Positions 9,304-18,984 of a stretch of DNA of 64,000 bases are shown one piece after another (the stretch's first letter is position 1; each line of letters starts with the position of its first letter). The notes beneath the pieces were generated by a model, which saw only the letters and a list, made by a program, of their open reading frames with translations, searched no databases and was not told the origin of the DNA. The position numbers were made by a program, and so were the translations under genes. The stretch is from Myxococcota bacterium (GTDB lineage: Bacteria; Myxococcota_A; Bradymonadia; UBA4248): NCBI GenBank assembly GCA_045643185.1, contig JAZUKH010000279.1, positions 3,301 to 67,300 on the forward strand. Reading direction: 5' to 3'.

Positions 9304-11130
9304 ATGTGCGGAATTACAGGATGTGCCGGAACGACGAACTGCGTTCCGATGATGATCGAAGCATTAGGCCGACTCGCCTATCGTGGTTATGATTCAGCAG
9401 GCGTAGCGGTTTGTGATAATGGTAAAATTCTTCTTCGACGTGAACACGGAAAACTCGAAAACCTGAAGTTATTGCTGGAAAAACTCCCCATTGAAGGTAA
9501 GACCGGCATTGGGCACACGCGTTGGGCAACACACGGACGTCCGAGCGAGTCAAATGCCCATCCACAATGTTATGGCAAGATCGCCATCGTTCATAACGGC
9601 ATCATCGAAAACTTTTTAACGCTTCGCAGTGACCTCGAAGCACAAGGCCACATTTTTTCGTCCGAGACCGACACCGAGATCGTCGCGCACCTGATTTCAG
9701 ATGCTTACGAAGCGAGCGGTGACTTTCCGCGTGCCGTGCGTGAAGGTCTGGCTCAGGTGCGCGGCGCATACGCCATCGTCGCCATTTGCGCTGACTGCCC
9801 AGACGAACTCATTGCCGCACGCATGCAAAGTCCACTTCTGATCGGTCTCGGTGACGAAATGAATTTTGCGACGAGTGACATTTCTGCGGTACTCGCCTAC
9901 ACACGTCGCTTCGTCTTTATGGAAGACGGCGACTTCGCCCGTCTGACACACGACCAGGTCACGTTTTTTAATGCCAATGGCGAAACGCTCAAACGCGAAC
10001 CCAAAACGATCGAATGGGACGTGCACGCCGCTGAAAAACAAGGCTACGCCCACTACATGCTCAAAGAGATCTTCGAGCAGCCGGCCAAGATCACCGATAC
10101 CTTCCGCGGCCGCATCATGAGCGAGTCCGCATCCGTTAACCTCGACGCCGACATCTGCGCCCTGGAACTCGAAAAAGCCGAACGCATCCAGATCGTCGCG
10201 TGCGGAACCAGTTATCACGCAGGCCTTATCGGCAAATACATGATCGAAAAAATGGCCCGTGTCCCCGTCGAAGTCGATGTCGCAAGCGAATACCGTTACC
10301 GCGACCCCATCTTGTGCGGCCGTGACGGATTTATTGCCATCAGTCAAAGCGGCGAAACCGCCGACACTTATGCGTGTGTCAAAATGGCGCGCGCGGCCCA
10401 TGCCAGGATCCTGTCGATCTGCAACGTCATGGATTCCAGCATTGCACGCGCGTCCAACGCCACGTTCTACACGCGTGCCGACCCCGAGATCGGCGTGGCC
10501 TCGACCAAAGCCTTCACGACCCAGGTAGCCTCGCTCATGTTGCTCGCCATTCACCTCGGTCGAAAACGCGGCACCTTGTCGGTCGAACGCGCCCATGAAT
10601 GCCTCGAAGCCATCCGTCGCGCCCCAAAAGAAATGGAAAAAATGCTCGAACAGTCCGAACGCGTCCGAAAAACCGCGCAAAAACTCCTTCGAGCCAACTC
10701 GTTCCTCTATCTCGGACGACACGTCCACTACCCCATCGCCCTCGAAGGCGCGCTCAAACTCAAAGAGATCACCTACATCCACGCGGAAGCCTATCCAAGC
10801 GGCGAGATGAAACACGGTCCCATCGCGCTCATCGACGATCGACTCCCCGTCATCGTCATCGCCCCCAAAAACTCTACTTACGAAAAGACCCTGTCCAACC
10901 TTCAGGAAGTGCGCGCACGCGGTGGTCGCATTATCAGCATCGTTTCAGAAGGCGACGAACAGATCTCAAAACTCTCTGAAGCCGCCTTCACCATCCCGGA
11001 TTGCGACGAATTCGTTCAGCCGCTCTACTCCGTTCTCTATCTCCAACTGCTCGCCTATCACCTTGCCGATCTGCTCGGTCACGACGTCGATCACCCAAGA
11101 AATCTGGCCAAATCCGTCACCGTCGAGTAA
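9304..11130 (+). CDS. glmS: Glutamine--fructose-6-phosphate aminotransferase
   Basis: MCGI(T)G N-terminal nucleophile Cys2, GHTRWATHG, two SIS domains, and …KSVTVE at the C-terminus. 608 aa. Confidence 0.9.
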   Translation: MCGITGCAGTTNCVPMMIEALGRLAYRGYDSAGVAVCDNGKILLRREHGKLENLKLLLEKLPIEGKTGIGHTRWATHGRPSESNAHPQCYGKIAIVHNGIIENFLTLRSDLEAQGHIFSSETDTEIVAHLISDAYEASGDFPRAVREGLAQVRGAYAIVAICADCPDELIAARMQSPLLIGLGDEMNFATSDISAVLAYTRRFVFMEDGDFARLTHDQVTFFNANGETLKREPKTIEWDVHAAEKQGYAHYMLKEIFEQPAKITDTFRGRIMSESASVNLDADICALELEKAERIQIVACGTSYHAGLIGKYMIEKMARVPVEVDVASEYRYRDPILCGRDGFIAISQSGETADTYACVKMARAAHARILSICNVMDSSIARASNATFYTRADPEIGVASTKAFTTQVASLMLLAIHLGRKRGTLSVERAHECLEAIRRAPKEMEKMLEQSERVRKTAQKLLRANSFLYLGRHVHYPIALEGALKLKEITYIHAEAYPSGEMKHGPIALIDDRLPVIVIAPKNSTYEKTLSNLQEVRARGGRIISIVSEGDEQISKLSEAAFTIPDCDEFVQPLYSVLYLQLLAYHLADLLGHDVDHPRNLAKSVTVE

Positions 11131-11148
11131 CGCATCGATCTCTATCCT

Positions 11149-11670
11149 ATGAAAAAACTTCTCATCATTTTTAGTCTCTTTTTGGCAACACTCACGGCGC
11201 CCTTCGCAGTTCATGAAGCCCAAGCCGAGCCAACCATCACGTCAGGCGTCGTCGAGGATCCATCCAGTCCCTATTTGCGCGGCTTTTCCGAGATCGCCTT
11301 TGGGGCTCTTTTTGGCGCAGCGGCCGCCGGCGCACCGATCCTCACGGGCGTTTTCACCGATCCATTTCACCTGGCAGCACCGCTGTCTATCGCCGCAGTC
11401 CTCTATCCCGCAGGCGTAGCAAGCGGCATGATCCTGGGCGGCTATTTGACCGATTCCTATTCAAATTACTGGGCACCGTTTGTCGGCGCCTACGCCGGTG
11501 CCATCGTCGCCGATGTCACAGCCTATTTTCTCGTCGACAAATACCCCACGTTTTCGGCCTTCCTCGTCATGATCCTGCCCATCATCACCTCGGCCGTCGC
11601 CACCGAAGTCTCGCACACCCGTAACAAAAAAGAGGCCTACTACCCCGTCCTGCTCACCTTCCCATTTTAA
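11149..11670 (+). CDS. Hypothetical secreted/membrane protein, Gly/Ala-rich (173 aa)
   Basis: Signal peptide MKKLLIIFSLFLATLTAPFAVHEAQA, then hydrophobic G/A-rich segments; C-terminal F. Confidence 0.45.
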   Translation: MKKLLIIFSLFLATLTAPFAVHEAQAEPTITSGVVEDPSSPYLRGFSEIAFGALFGAAAAGAPILTGVFTDPFHLAAPLSIAAVLYPAGVASGMILGGYLTDSYSNYWAPFVGAYAGAIVADVTAYFLVDKYPTFSAFLVMILPIITSAVATEVSHTRNKKEAYYPVLLTFPF

Positions 11671-11774
11671 TTCTTTTATTGTGTAGACGGGGCTATGCGC
11701 GTTGCGCATACGCCCCGTCGGCGCGCTATTGGCAAGCCAATACGCGCGCCTGCGCTCAACCAACGAGATCAGCC

Positions 11775-12248
11775 ATGTTCACCGAACTCATTGAATTCCT
11801 CAAGTCGCTCAAAACAGCCCAGACCATCGAGTATAAACGCGCAAACGAGACGGTCGCAGCCCCCATGTGTGCCACGAGTCTGTCTGCAGGTTCCGACATT
11901 CGAAGCAACGAAAACCTGACGCTGCGCGCCCATCAACGTGCCCTCGTCCATACAGGCCTGTTTTTGAAGATCCCACGCAATTTCTTCCTCGACATTCGCC
12001 CGCGCTCCGGGTTGGCGCTCAAACACGGCATCACCCTGCTCAACACGCCCGCGACGGTCGATGCCGATTACCGTGGCGAGATCATGGTCCTCATGCTCAA
12101 CACAAGCGACACGGATTTTGAGATCCACGCGGGCGACCGAATTGCGCAGGCACTCCTCATGCGCCGCTATGACGTCACCTGGAAACCCGTCGATGCCCTC
12201 GACCAAACGACGCGCGGCACCAATGGCTTCGGATCAAGCGGCATTTAA
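11775..12248 (+). CDS. dut: dUTP diphosphatase
   Basis: RSGLALKHGITLLNTPATVDADYRGEIMVLMLNTS and GDRIAQ…GFGSSG are the dUTPase motifs. The real start is MFTELIEF at 11775; the 11679 start in the ORF track is an extension. Confidence 0.85.
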   Translation: MFTELIEFLKSLKTAQTIEYKRANETVAAPMCATSLSAGSDIRSNENLTLRAHQRALVHTGLFLKIPRNFFLDIRPRSGLALKHGITLLNTPATVDADYRGEIMVLMLNTSDTDFEIHAGDRIAQALLMRRYDVTWKPVDALDQTTRGTNGFGSSGI

Positions 12249-12292
12249 CACCGTGTCTCAATTGACACGTTTGTCTCAAAAAAGGCTCAAAC

Positions 12293-12547
12293 ATGTCTGA
12301 TCAAGACGGCATCCTTTCACACAACCAGGTTTTACAGCGCGGCACAAACTTCGACCTTCTGTCGTATAATGCCGACCAATCACTGGTCCTGGACGATTTC
12401 GAAGTTTGTGGCGGCAAGCCCTTCACAGGGCTCGCCTATGAACTCCAACGTTCCAAAAAACTCGCCTGGTATGCCTACTTCAACGCGGGCAAACGACTAA
12501 ACCCAGTCATTCGCTTTGACGCTGACGAAAAACCGACACACGGTTAA
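12293..12547 (+). CDS. Hypothetical protein (84 aa)
   Basis: ORF only. Confidence 0.3.
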   Translation: MSDQDGILSHNQVLQRGTNFDLLSYNADQSLVLDDFEVCGGKPFTGLAYELQRSKKLAWYAYFNAGKRLNPVIRFDADEKPTHG

Positions 12548-12610
12548 GACGAGCCACACAACGCTAATGGCTCAATCAACCGCGTCATAACGCAACACGA
12601 TCGTTGAAGG

Positions 12611-12681
12611 CCCCTGCCAGGCGAAGGGGTAGCGGCGTATTGGCAAAGCCAATAGCCGCGTAGGGGAAGGCTTTCCCCTAC
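12611..12681. repeat. Palindromic intergenic repeat family A (inverted-orientation copy of 2203..2265)
   Basis: ccaggcgaaGGGGTAGCGGCGTATTGGCaaaGCCAATAGCCGCGTAGGGGAAGGCtTTCCCC is almost the exact reverse complement of the 2203..2265 copy. Confidence 0.8.
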
Positions 12682-12816
12682 AAATCCAAATGCCGAAGTC
12701 AATCCAAATGCCGAAGTGACTCGAACGGCACAAAAAAAAGGCGCAACCGAAGTTGCGCCAAGTCGACACCTTTGTGTCACACTGCACCCCAAACGTTGCA
12801 GTGCGATCAACTCATA

Positions 12817-13167
12817 TTAACGCGGCCAGCAGGCGTAGTCCACTGCACAATACTCATATCTTGTATCGCAGTTGTAATCGCCCGTGCAATACGGACGGCA
12901 GTTACCGTCAGAAGCACAGATCTCAGAGGTCGTGCAGCTGGAGCCATCGACGCAACCACCATAGCAAAGACCATCGGCAGCGCAGTATTCATTCCAACCG
13001 CAATCCGTGTGATAGTGGCAACGTGAATAACAGTGGTGATCTACCGCACAGTACTCATCATAACCACATTCGTAGTCATAATCACAACCATCTTCAACGA
13101 TGATGCAACCATTCAGACCAAATGCGGCAAAACAAAGCGTCAAAAGGGATAATGCGATTTTCTTCAT
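12817..13167 (-). CDS. Small secreted cysteine-rich protein (116 aa, about 22 Cys)
   Basis: Signal peptide MKKIALSLLTLCFAAFGLNG. Repeated CxxDxxC/YxYC spacing (DYDYECGYDEYCAVDHHCYSRCHYHTDCGWNEYCAADGLCYGGC…). Divergent from the large Cys-rich lipoprotein gene at 13456. Confidence 0.55.
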   Translation of the reverse strand: MKKIALSLLTLCFAAFGLNGCIIVEDGCDYDYECGYDEYCAVDHHCYSRCHYHTDCGWNEYCAADGLCYGGCVDGSSCTTSEICASDGNCRPYCTGDYNCDTRYEYCAVDYACWPR

Positions 13168-13455
13168 AGCGGAATCTCCTAGATCAAATCTGAATGATCA
13201 AATCATTCATCAATATAGATTGAGTATACGCAAAGCGTAACTAACGAACAACAGAATAAACTGCTTTTGGGAAAGCGACCGGTCATCGCGACGATGGCCA
13301 ATCGTTTTCTCAGAAACAATGACGGGAAATAAATCAACAATCGTGCCAAATTATTAGAAAAGAAAAATAATTTTCTCTTTTAAGCAGAACAAACATGCGC
13401 TAATAAGTGATCAGGATAAGTATTTTAATGTTGTAGCTTATCAAAGGAGAACAGA

Positions 13456-16422
13456 ATGAAACAAAAGCTCATTTTTTTTGCGGGCATGATGTCAGCTTTG
13501 CTGATGTCAGCCTGCGACGACGATTCTATCAAACTCAACGCGACTTTGGCGGGTGAAGGTGAAGACTGTACCTTAAATGATTGCGAAGACGGTCTCACCT
13601 GCGATGAAGAAAGCCAGGTCTGTGTGAAGTCAGAGGAGATTCCTCCGTCTGATTTGTGTGCCAACAAAAAATGCGACACCAACCAGGTCTGCAAGAACGG
13701 CAAATGTGTCGCCAAAGACAAAGAGAACGGCGGCGAATGCGGTGGCAAAACGTGTGCGGAAGACGAGATCTGCAACAATGCCACGTGCATCAACGAAGAT
13801 CGAGTCTGCCCCGACACCATCTGCGCCGAAGACGAGATCTGCTACAAAGATAAAGAATGCCTCAAACGCGGTAACTGCGACGGCCATGCCTGTAATGAAG
13901 GCCAACTCTGTTTGAACGGCATCTGCCACGATCCCGGCGATTGCGGTGGACTCACCTGTAACTCAAACGAAGTCTGTGAAAAGAATGTCTGTCGACAGTA
14001 CGGAACTTGTGGCGGTTTCAAGTGTTTTTCAGACGAAGTCTGTAACTTCGACGAATGTCTGCCCCAAGGCCCGTGCGGCGGCGCGCTTTGCAAGGACACC
14101 CAGTTCTGTGCCAACGGCCACTGCCAAAACAAAGAGCTCTGTAACGACATCTATTGCGCCCCTGGCCAAGTCTGTGTCGATGGCGTCTGCGCCAACGGCC
14201 CCCAATGTGTCATCGATGAAAAGTTTCTGACGCGTTGTGGCGATAACTGTTGTACGGAAAAAGAATTCTGCGGCGACCGAAGCCATTGCTGCTCCTACGA
14301 AAATGCCTGCGGACAGGATTGCTGCCAGGACGGCGAACAATGCGTCAACGAAATGTGCCACAGAATCTGCGAACATGACCGCTGTGAACAACTTGACGGG
14401 TCTGAAATCTGCTGCGACGCCGGCGAGATTTGCGTTTCTAACCAGTGTTTCAAACCGCAGACGTCATGCATCGACTCGTATATGTGCGATAACAGCGAAT
14501 ATTGCGACACCGCCACGAACACCTGTCTGCCCAAGCCCCAAACGGAAGCCTGCATGGCCACTCCGAAAGGCGGCGCCGTCATTCCGACACAGCTTTGGTA
14601 TTGGGGAAGCGGAAACCTCGCTCCAAGCGCGTCGGAATTCCCCAATCACCGTGACGTCATGTCTTCACCAATGGTCGCCGACGTGGACGGGGATGGTGAC
14701 GCAGAAGTCATCTTCAACTCCTTCAACGGCAGCTGGAATGGTAACGGCATTCTTCGCATCCTCGATGGCAAAACAGGAAAAATGAAGGCCTTCAGTAACG
14801 GCAATCCATACACGGATGGCGGAAGCCAAACCGCCGTTGGCGACATCATCCCCAGTAATCCGGGACTCGAAATCGTCACAAGCACTGCAGTCACGATCAA
14901 TGGTGCCACCTATTATAAACTCGCCGTGTTTGACAATAAGGCAAAACTCATTTGGCAGCATACAGAAGGCGAGTACCACGAATGTGGACAGGGCGGCCCG
15001 GGGATCGCTGACTTTAATGGCGACGGATTACCAGAAGTTTATAGCCGATACAACGTCTTTAACGGACAAACCGGGGAACTCATCGCCAGAGAAAGCTGTG
15101 CCACGTGCGGTGAAAACAACGTACAACACGCCTATAACGAATACCCCGTCGCGGCGGATATCAACGAAGATGGCACGCTCGAACTCGTCGGCGGCAATGT
15201 CGCCTACAAAGTCATATTCCCTGACAAAGAACATAACGTCGCCGGAAAGCTCGAGCCCATTTACTTCAGAGATGATCTCTCGGATGGCTACCCGGCGATC
15301 GGTGACCTTGACAACGATGGGCATCCTGAAGTCGTGATCGTTCAACCGAATGGCAACAGTTCACTCATGGCGATTCATGGCAAAGACGGCTCCAATTTCT
15401 GGGACAAACCGATTGATACCTCCAGCATTGGCCTCGGCGGACCTGCTACGATCGCCAACCTTGACAATACGCCGGAACCCGAGATCACATTTGCGGGTAA
15501 ATACAAATACATGGCATACAACGCCAAAGGCGAGCTCTTGTGGTCACGCTTCACCCACGACCAGACCTCTGGCAAAACAGGCTCCTCCGTTTTCGATTTC
15601 GACGGCGATGGCAGAGCCGACGTTGTCTATGCTGACGAGTATTTCCTCCGCGTTTACGACGGCCAAACAGGCAACACCAAGTTCTGTAAATGCAACACGT
15701 CAGGTACTCACTGGGAATACCCCGTTATCGCTGACGTCAATAACGATGACCACGCTGAGATCGTCGTGGCAGGCAACACCACATGCAACATGACAAGCTG
15801 TCCAACTTCACTGTCCGTGAACGACGGATGGGACGAATGCGTTGACAGCATCATGAAATCCCCCAACGCAGCTGACCGAGCAGGCATCCGCGGCGTTCGT
15901 GTCTTCTCGAGCCCCGACCGCGACTGGGTCAATACGCGCAAAATTTATAACCAACACGCCTATAGCATCACCAACGTTTCTGATGATGGAACCATCCCAA
16001 GACACCCCAAAAAGAACTGGGAGATCGACAACCTCAACAACTTTCGTCTTAACGTTCAGCCGGGCGCAAACTACCTGCCCGACCTGTCGATCAAAAACGT
16101 TTCGTCGAGTATGACCTGCTCTGATAACCTCCCGCTCTACTTCACCGTCCAAAACGTCGGTTGGGCAACCGCTCTGCCCGGCATTCAGATAAATATCTTC
16201 TCAAGCGCGAGTGCAAACGGTTCCTACGAGAAGCTCGGTTCTATCTCGACCACACGTATGCTGCGCGCAAGCGAAAGCGAAGACCTCGCCTTCACCATCA
16301 AACAAGAACAAATCAAGTCTAATCCGCTCTACCTCGAACTCACCTTTGATGAGACTGCACCCACAGAATGCCGAAACGACAACAATACGGCATTCTACGC
16401 GCTGACCTGCGCCATTTACTAA
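13456..16422 (+). CDS. Large lipoprotein: tandem 4-Cys (Myxococcales-type Cys-rich) repeats, 7-blade FG-GAP/VCBS-like beta-propeller and a C-terminal Ig/CARDB-like domain; integrin-alpha-like adhesin
   Basis: RBS aggag before the ATG. Lipobox LLMSAC. At least 8 tandem ~23-aa modules of the form CxxxxCxxx(E/Q)xCxNGxCxxxxx (for example CANKKCDTNQVCKNGKC, CGGKTCAEDEICNNATC). These are followed by Ca-binding DxDxDG loops (DVDGDGDAEV, DFNGDGLPEV, DINEDGTLELV, DLDNDGHPEVV, DFDGDGRADVVYAD, DVNNDDHAEIVVAG). Paralog of 35080..38103. Confidence 0.7.
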   Translation: MKQKLIFFAGMMSALLMSACDDDSIKLNATLAGEGEDCTLNDCEDGLTCDEESQVCVKSEEIPPSDLCANKKCDTNQVCKNGKCVAKDKENGGECGGKTCAEDEICNNATCINEDRVCPDTICAEDEICYKDKECLKRGNCDGHACNEGQLCLNGICHDPGDCGGLTCNSNEVCEKNVCRQYGTCGGFKCFSDEVCNFDECLPQGPCGGALCKDTQFCANGHCQNKELCNDIYCAPGQVCVDGVCANGPQCVIDEKFLTRCGDNCCTEKEFCGDRSHCCSYENACGQDCCQDGEQCVNEMCHRICEHDRCEQLDGSEICCDAGEICVSNQCFKPQTSCIDSYMCDNSEYCDTATNTCLPKPQTEACMATPKGGAVIPTQLWYWGSGNLAPSASEFPNHRDVMSSPMVADVDGDGDAEVIFNSFNGSWNGNGILRILDGKTGKMKAFSNGNPYTDGGSQTAVGDIIPSNPGLEIVTSTAVTINGATYYKLAVFDNKAKLIWQHTEGEYHECGQGGPGIADFNGDGLPEVYSRYNVFNGQTGELIARESCATCGENNVQHAYNEYPVAADINEDGTLELVGGNVAYKVIFPDKEHNVAGKLEPIYFRDDLSDGYPAIGDLDNDGHPEVVIVQPNGNSSLMAIHGKDGSNFWDKPIDTSSIGLGGPATIANLDNTPEPEITFAGKYKYMAYNAKGELLWSRFTHDQTSGKTGSSVFDFDGDGRADVVYADEYFLRVYDGQTGNTKFCKCNTSGTHWEYPVIADVNNDDHAEIVVAGNTTCNMTSCPTSLSVNDGWDECVDSIMKSPNAADRAGIRGVRVFSSPDRDWVNTRKIYNQHAYSITNVSDDGTIPRHPKKNWEIDNLNNFRLNVQPGANYLPDLSIKNVSSSMTCSDNLPLYFTVQNVGWATALPGIQINIFSSASANGSYEKLGSISTTRMLRASESEDLAFTIKQEQIKSNPLYLELTFDETAPTECRNDNNTAFYALTCAIY

Positions 16423-16539
16423 ACTCACGTTCCGTTCCCGGGGCAAAAGCCCCGGTGAACCTCCAAAATTTGCTGATTACTTCACCTCGTGCGAAAACGT
16501 TCGCGTTTTGTGGCTCTTTCATTCACATGAGGTGAAATT

Positions 16540-17766
16540 ATGGTTGCAGCGAAGCATTTGGAAGAACACGATCCCGCATCGGATTTCAAAACCGGTCACA
16601 TTTTTGGTGATCGTTTCAGAGTAGAAAAACTCATTGCCGCAGGCGGCATGGGCTTTGTTTATATGGCTACCGATCTTGAACAACAACAGCCGGTCGCCCT
16701 CAAGATCATGAGAACCTCGCTCCAGCGCGACCCCGTCGCCATTGAGCGTTTTAAACGCGAAGTCCGCACCATTCGCAGACTGATGCACCCCAACACCATC
16801 GAATTGATCGACTACGGTGTCACCGAAGAAGGCTTCATGTTCCTCGTCATGGAATGGCTTCATGGCAAGGATCTGCGTGAGATCATGCGCATCAAGCGCC
16901 GTCTTTCAGCCATCACGGCGACCCGCGTCGCGCTTCAGGTTGCCTGGAGCCTTTCTGAAGCTCACATGAAAGGCATCATTCACCGCGATCTCAAGCCCGA
17001 AAACATCTTTATCATGCACAACCCCGGCCCGCATCTTCGCATCAAAGTCGTGGATTTCGGCCTCGCCAAGGTCGTGAGCGGCCCCGAAAGCGGTGAACAG
17101 ATCACCCGCGGTGGCGTCGTCTGCGGCACCCCGGAATACATGAGCCCCGAACAGGCAAAAGGTGAAAAACTCGACGGCCGAAGCGACGTTTACGCACTCG
17201 GCTGCGTGATGTACGCCATGCTCGAAGGCGACGCGCCTTTCCGTGGCAAAAAAGCCCTCGACGTCGCCATGATGCACATCAATCAACCCTTCCCACAGAT
17301 GAGCGAAAGCATTCCCGCCCAGCTGCGCGGCATCATCATGAAATGCGTCGAAAAGAAAGCCTCGGCACGCTACCAGAACGTCAACGAACTCGCCGCTGCG
17401 CTCGAAGCCTTCCTCGATCCCATTGAATGCCGTAAACGCGAAACCACCGACGTCTGGAACATCCGTCGCTCCACGCCACCCAGCGAAGCCGATCCCCGCA
17501 CGGCAGCCATCGCCGAAGCCGTCGTCGAAAGCCAGCCCACCAACATGGCCATCCGACCCACACAAAATACGCCTTCTGGCGAAGTCCGCGTCGTCAAACG
17601 CGCCCGTTCAAGCCAGTCCTCACACTACCCAAGAAAACCGCTCAACAGCCAGTGCGTAAGACTCAAAACTGCGCCTTCGCTCGTCTCGCATTCCAAAGCC
17701 TTCAAAGTCGAGCAGGTCGTCAAAAAAGAGAGCTTCTTCAAACGCTGCCTCGATAAAATTCTTTAG
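16540..17766 (+). CDS. Serine/threonine protein kinase (Hanks-type)
   Basis: Kinase subdomains GxGxxG-like (GGMGFVY), VALK, HRDLKPEN, DFGLAK and GTPEYMSPE. RBS gaggtg. Confidence 0.85.
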   Translation: MVAAKHLEEHDPASDFKTGHIFGDRFRVEKLIAAGGMGFVYMATDLEQQQPVALKIMRTSLQRDPVAIERFKREVRTIRRLMHPNTIELIDYGVTEEGFMFLVMEWLHGKDLREIMRIKRRLSAITATRVALQVAWSLSEAHMKGIIHRDLKPENIFIMHNPGPHLRIKVVDFGLAKVVSGPESGEQITRGGVVCGTPEYMSPEQAKGEKLDGRSDVYALGCVMYAMLEGDAPFRGKKALDVAMMHINQPFPQMSESIPAQLRGIIMKCVEKKASARYQNVNELAAALEAFLDPIECRKRETTDVWNIRRSTPPSEADPRTAAIAEAVVESQPTNMAIRPTQNTPSGEVRVVKRARSSQSSHYPRKPLNSQCVRLKTAPSLVSHSKAFKVEQVVKKESFFKRCLDKIL

Positions 17767-17782
17767 TGCACGCTTTATTTTG

Positions 17783-17862
17783 GGCGGGGGAAGTCTCCCC
17801 CTACGCCGCTATTGGCGGCGAAATCGCTCGCCAATACGCGTCTACCCCCTCGCCTGACAGGG
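17783..17862. repeat. Palindromic intergenic repeat family A
   Basis: gggggaagtctCCCCCTACGCCGCTATTGGCggcgaaatcgctcGCCAATACGCGTCTACCCCC. Confidence 0.7.
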
Positions 17863-17905
17863 CCCAAAACACGTCAATTCATGCGTCTATAGGACGCATT
17901 TCGAA

Positions 17906-17932
17906 GCGCCGTCTCAAAACGGCGCTTTTTTT
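17906..17932 (+). terminator. Rho-independent terminator
   Basis: gcgccgtctcaaaacggcgc followed by ttttttt. Confidence 0.6.
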
Positions 17933-17964
17933 ATCCCCGTCACAAGCCATTCGCGATACACACC

Positions 17965-18969
17965 ATGTTTACAGAATCGCAAGTCATTCAAACCATTCAC
18001 GAGCTTTTTCCAACGCGCCCTGAGATCACGCCGCTCGGTATCGGCGACGACTGTGCCCAACTCGCCCACCCCGGCGCCCTCGTGACGACCGACGCAAGCG
18101 TCGAAGGCGTCCATTTCGACCTGGCTTACGTCTCGCTCGCCGAAGCCGCTTACCGATGCCTCGCTTCAAACCTGAGTGACATCGCCGCCATGGGGGCTTA
18201 CACCACTGGCTGGACGCTCGCACTCGGCCTAAAACCAAGCTTCGACTTTAAAGACATCGTCGACGCGATACACGCGCTTAAACAATGCCTGCTTGACCAC
18301 CAGCTGCCAGACGCGTGGCTCGTTGGCGGCGACGTTGTTTGCGCACCAAACGCGATTTTTTCCATCACCGCATGGGGCGAATGCCGGGCAAACGAAAAAA
18401 CTTGGTCATGCATCACCCGGTCAGGCGCCAAAGTGGGTGACAATATCGCTGTCTTTGGCTGGCCTGGCCGCGCCGCTGTCGGACTCAAATGCCTCATGAC
18501 GACCAACCGGGCACAATGCCTCGATTTGCCAACAACACAGGCCTTTTTACACCCCAGGGCGCTCACCCAACTCGGCCCCGCGCTTGCCCAGGCTGGCCTC
18601 GTCTCTGCCATGATGGACACTTCGGACGGCGTCTACACCGATCTGCCACGTCTCATCGCGCAAAGTCACGTCGGCGCGATCGTCGACATCGACGCGTTTC
18701 AAAACGATGACGCCATTCAAGACGCCCTCAAACAACTCGATGTCAACGCGCCCAATCAGGATCTTTCACAGATCTTCGGCGGCGAAGACTACGGTCTGCT
18801 CGCCACTCTCCCGCCAAACAAAGTTGATTGGGCCCGCAAATTGGCGTATTCTAACAACGTTCCCATGACCCTCATCGGTGTGATCACCGATTCAAAGGAA
18901 CTTATATGGCGACAGAATAAAATGCAGATTCGCCTAAAAGACCAAAGTTTCAAGCATTTTTCTGGTTAA
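17965..18969 (+). CDS. thiL: Thiamine-monophosphate kinase (AIR synthase-related family)
   Basis: LGIGDDCAQL, VEGVHFDL, NLSDIAAMGA, GGDVV, RSGAKVGD: the ThiL/PurM-like motif series. Confidence 0.7.
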   Translation: MFTESQVIQTIHELFPTRPEITPLGIGDDCAQLAHPGALVTTDASVEGVHFDLAYVSLAEAAYRCLASNLSDIAAMGAYTTGWTLALGLKPSFDFKDIVDAIHALKQCLLDHQLPDAWLVGGDVVCAPNAIFSITAWGECRANEKTWSCITRSGAKVGDNIAVFGWPGRAAVGLKCLMTTNRAQCLDLPTTQAFLHPRALTQLGPALAQAGLVSAMMDTSDGVYTDLPRLIAQSHVGAIVDIDAFQNDDAIQDALKQLDVNAPNQDLSQIFGGEDYGLLATLPPNKVDWARKLAYSNNVPMTLIGVITDSKELIWRQNKMQIRLKDQSFKHFSG

Positions 18970-18984
18970 ACAGGTCAAACGACG

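Noticed and set aside
9697-10815. 372-aa minus-strand ORF inside glmS, and similar long antisense ORFs (3130..3984, 7146..8084, 31332..32087, 39285..40571, 50076..51362, 51441..52451, 48094..48651)
   Set aside because: Each lies entirely antisense to, or in an alternate frame of, a gene with clear conserved motifs (glmS, Hsp70, pgk, gap and others). These are shadow ORFs typical of moderately GC-rich coding DNA; they have no independent RBS or motif support.
12549-12800. Possible tRNA or small RNA gene between 12547 and the Cys-rich small protein
   Set aside because: No cloverleaf-compatible arms or GTTCRA T-loop box. The region is explained by the family A palindromic repeat (12611..12681).
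16437-16455. Terminator hairpin ccggggcaaaagccccgg after the giant lipoprotein
   Set aside because: There is no T-tract following it, and the next gene (Ser/Thr kinase) starts 85 bp later in the same orientation. This may be attenuating structure but is not a confident terminator.
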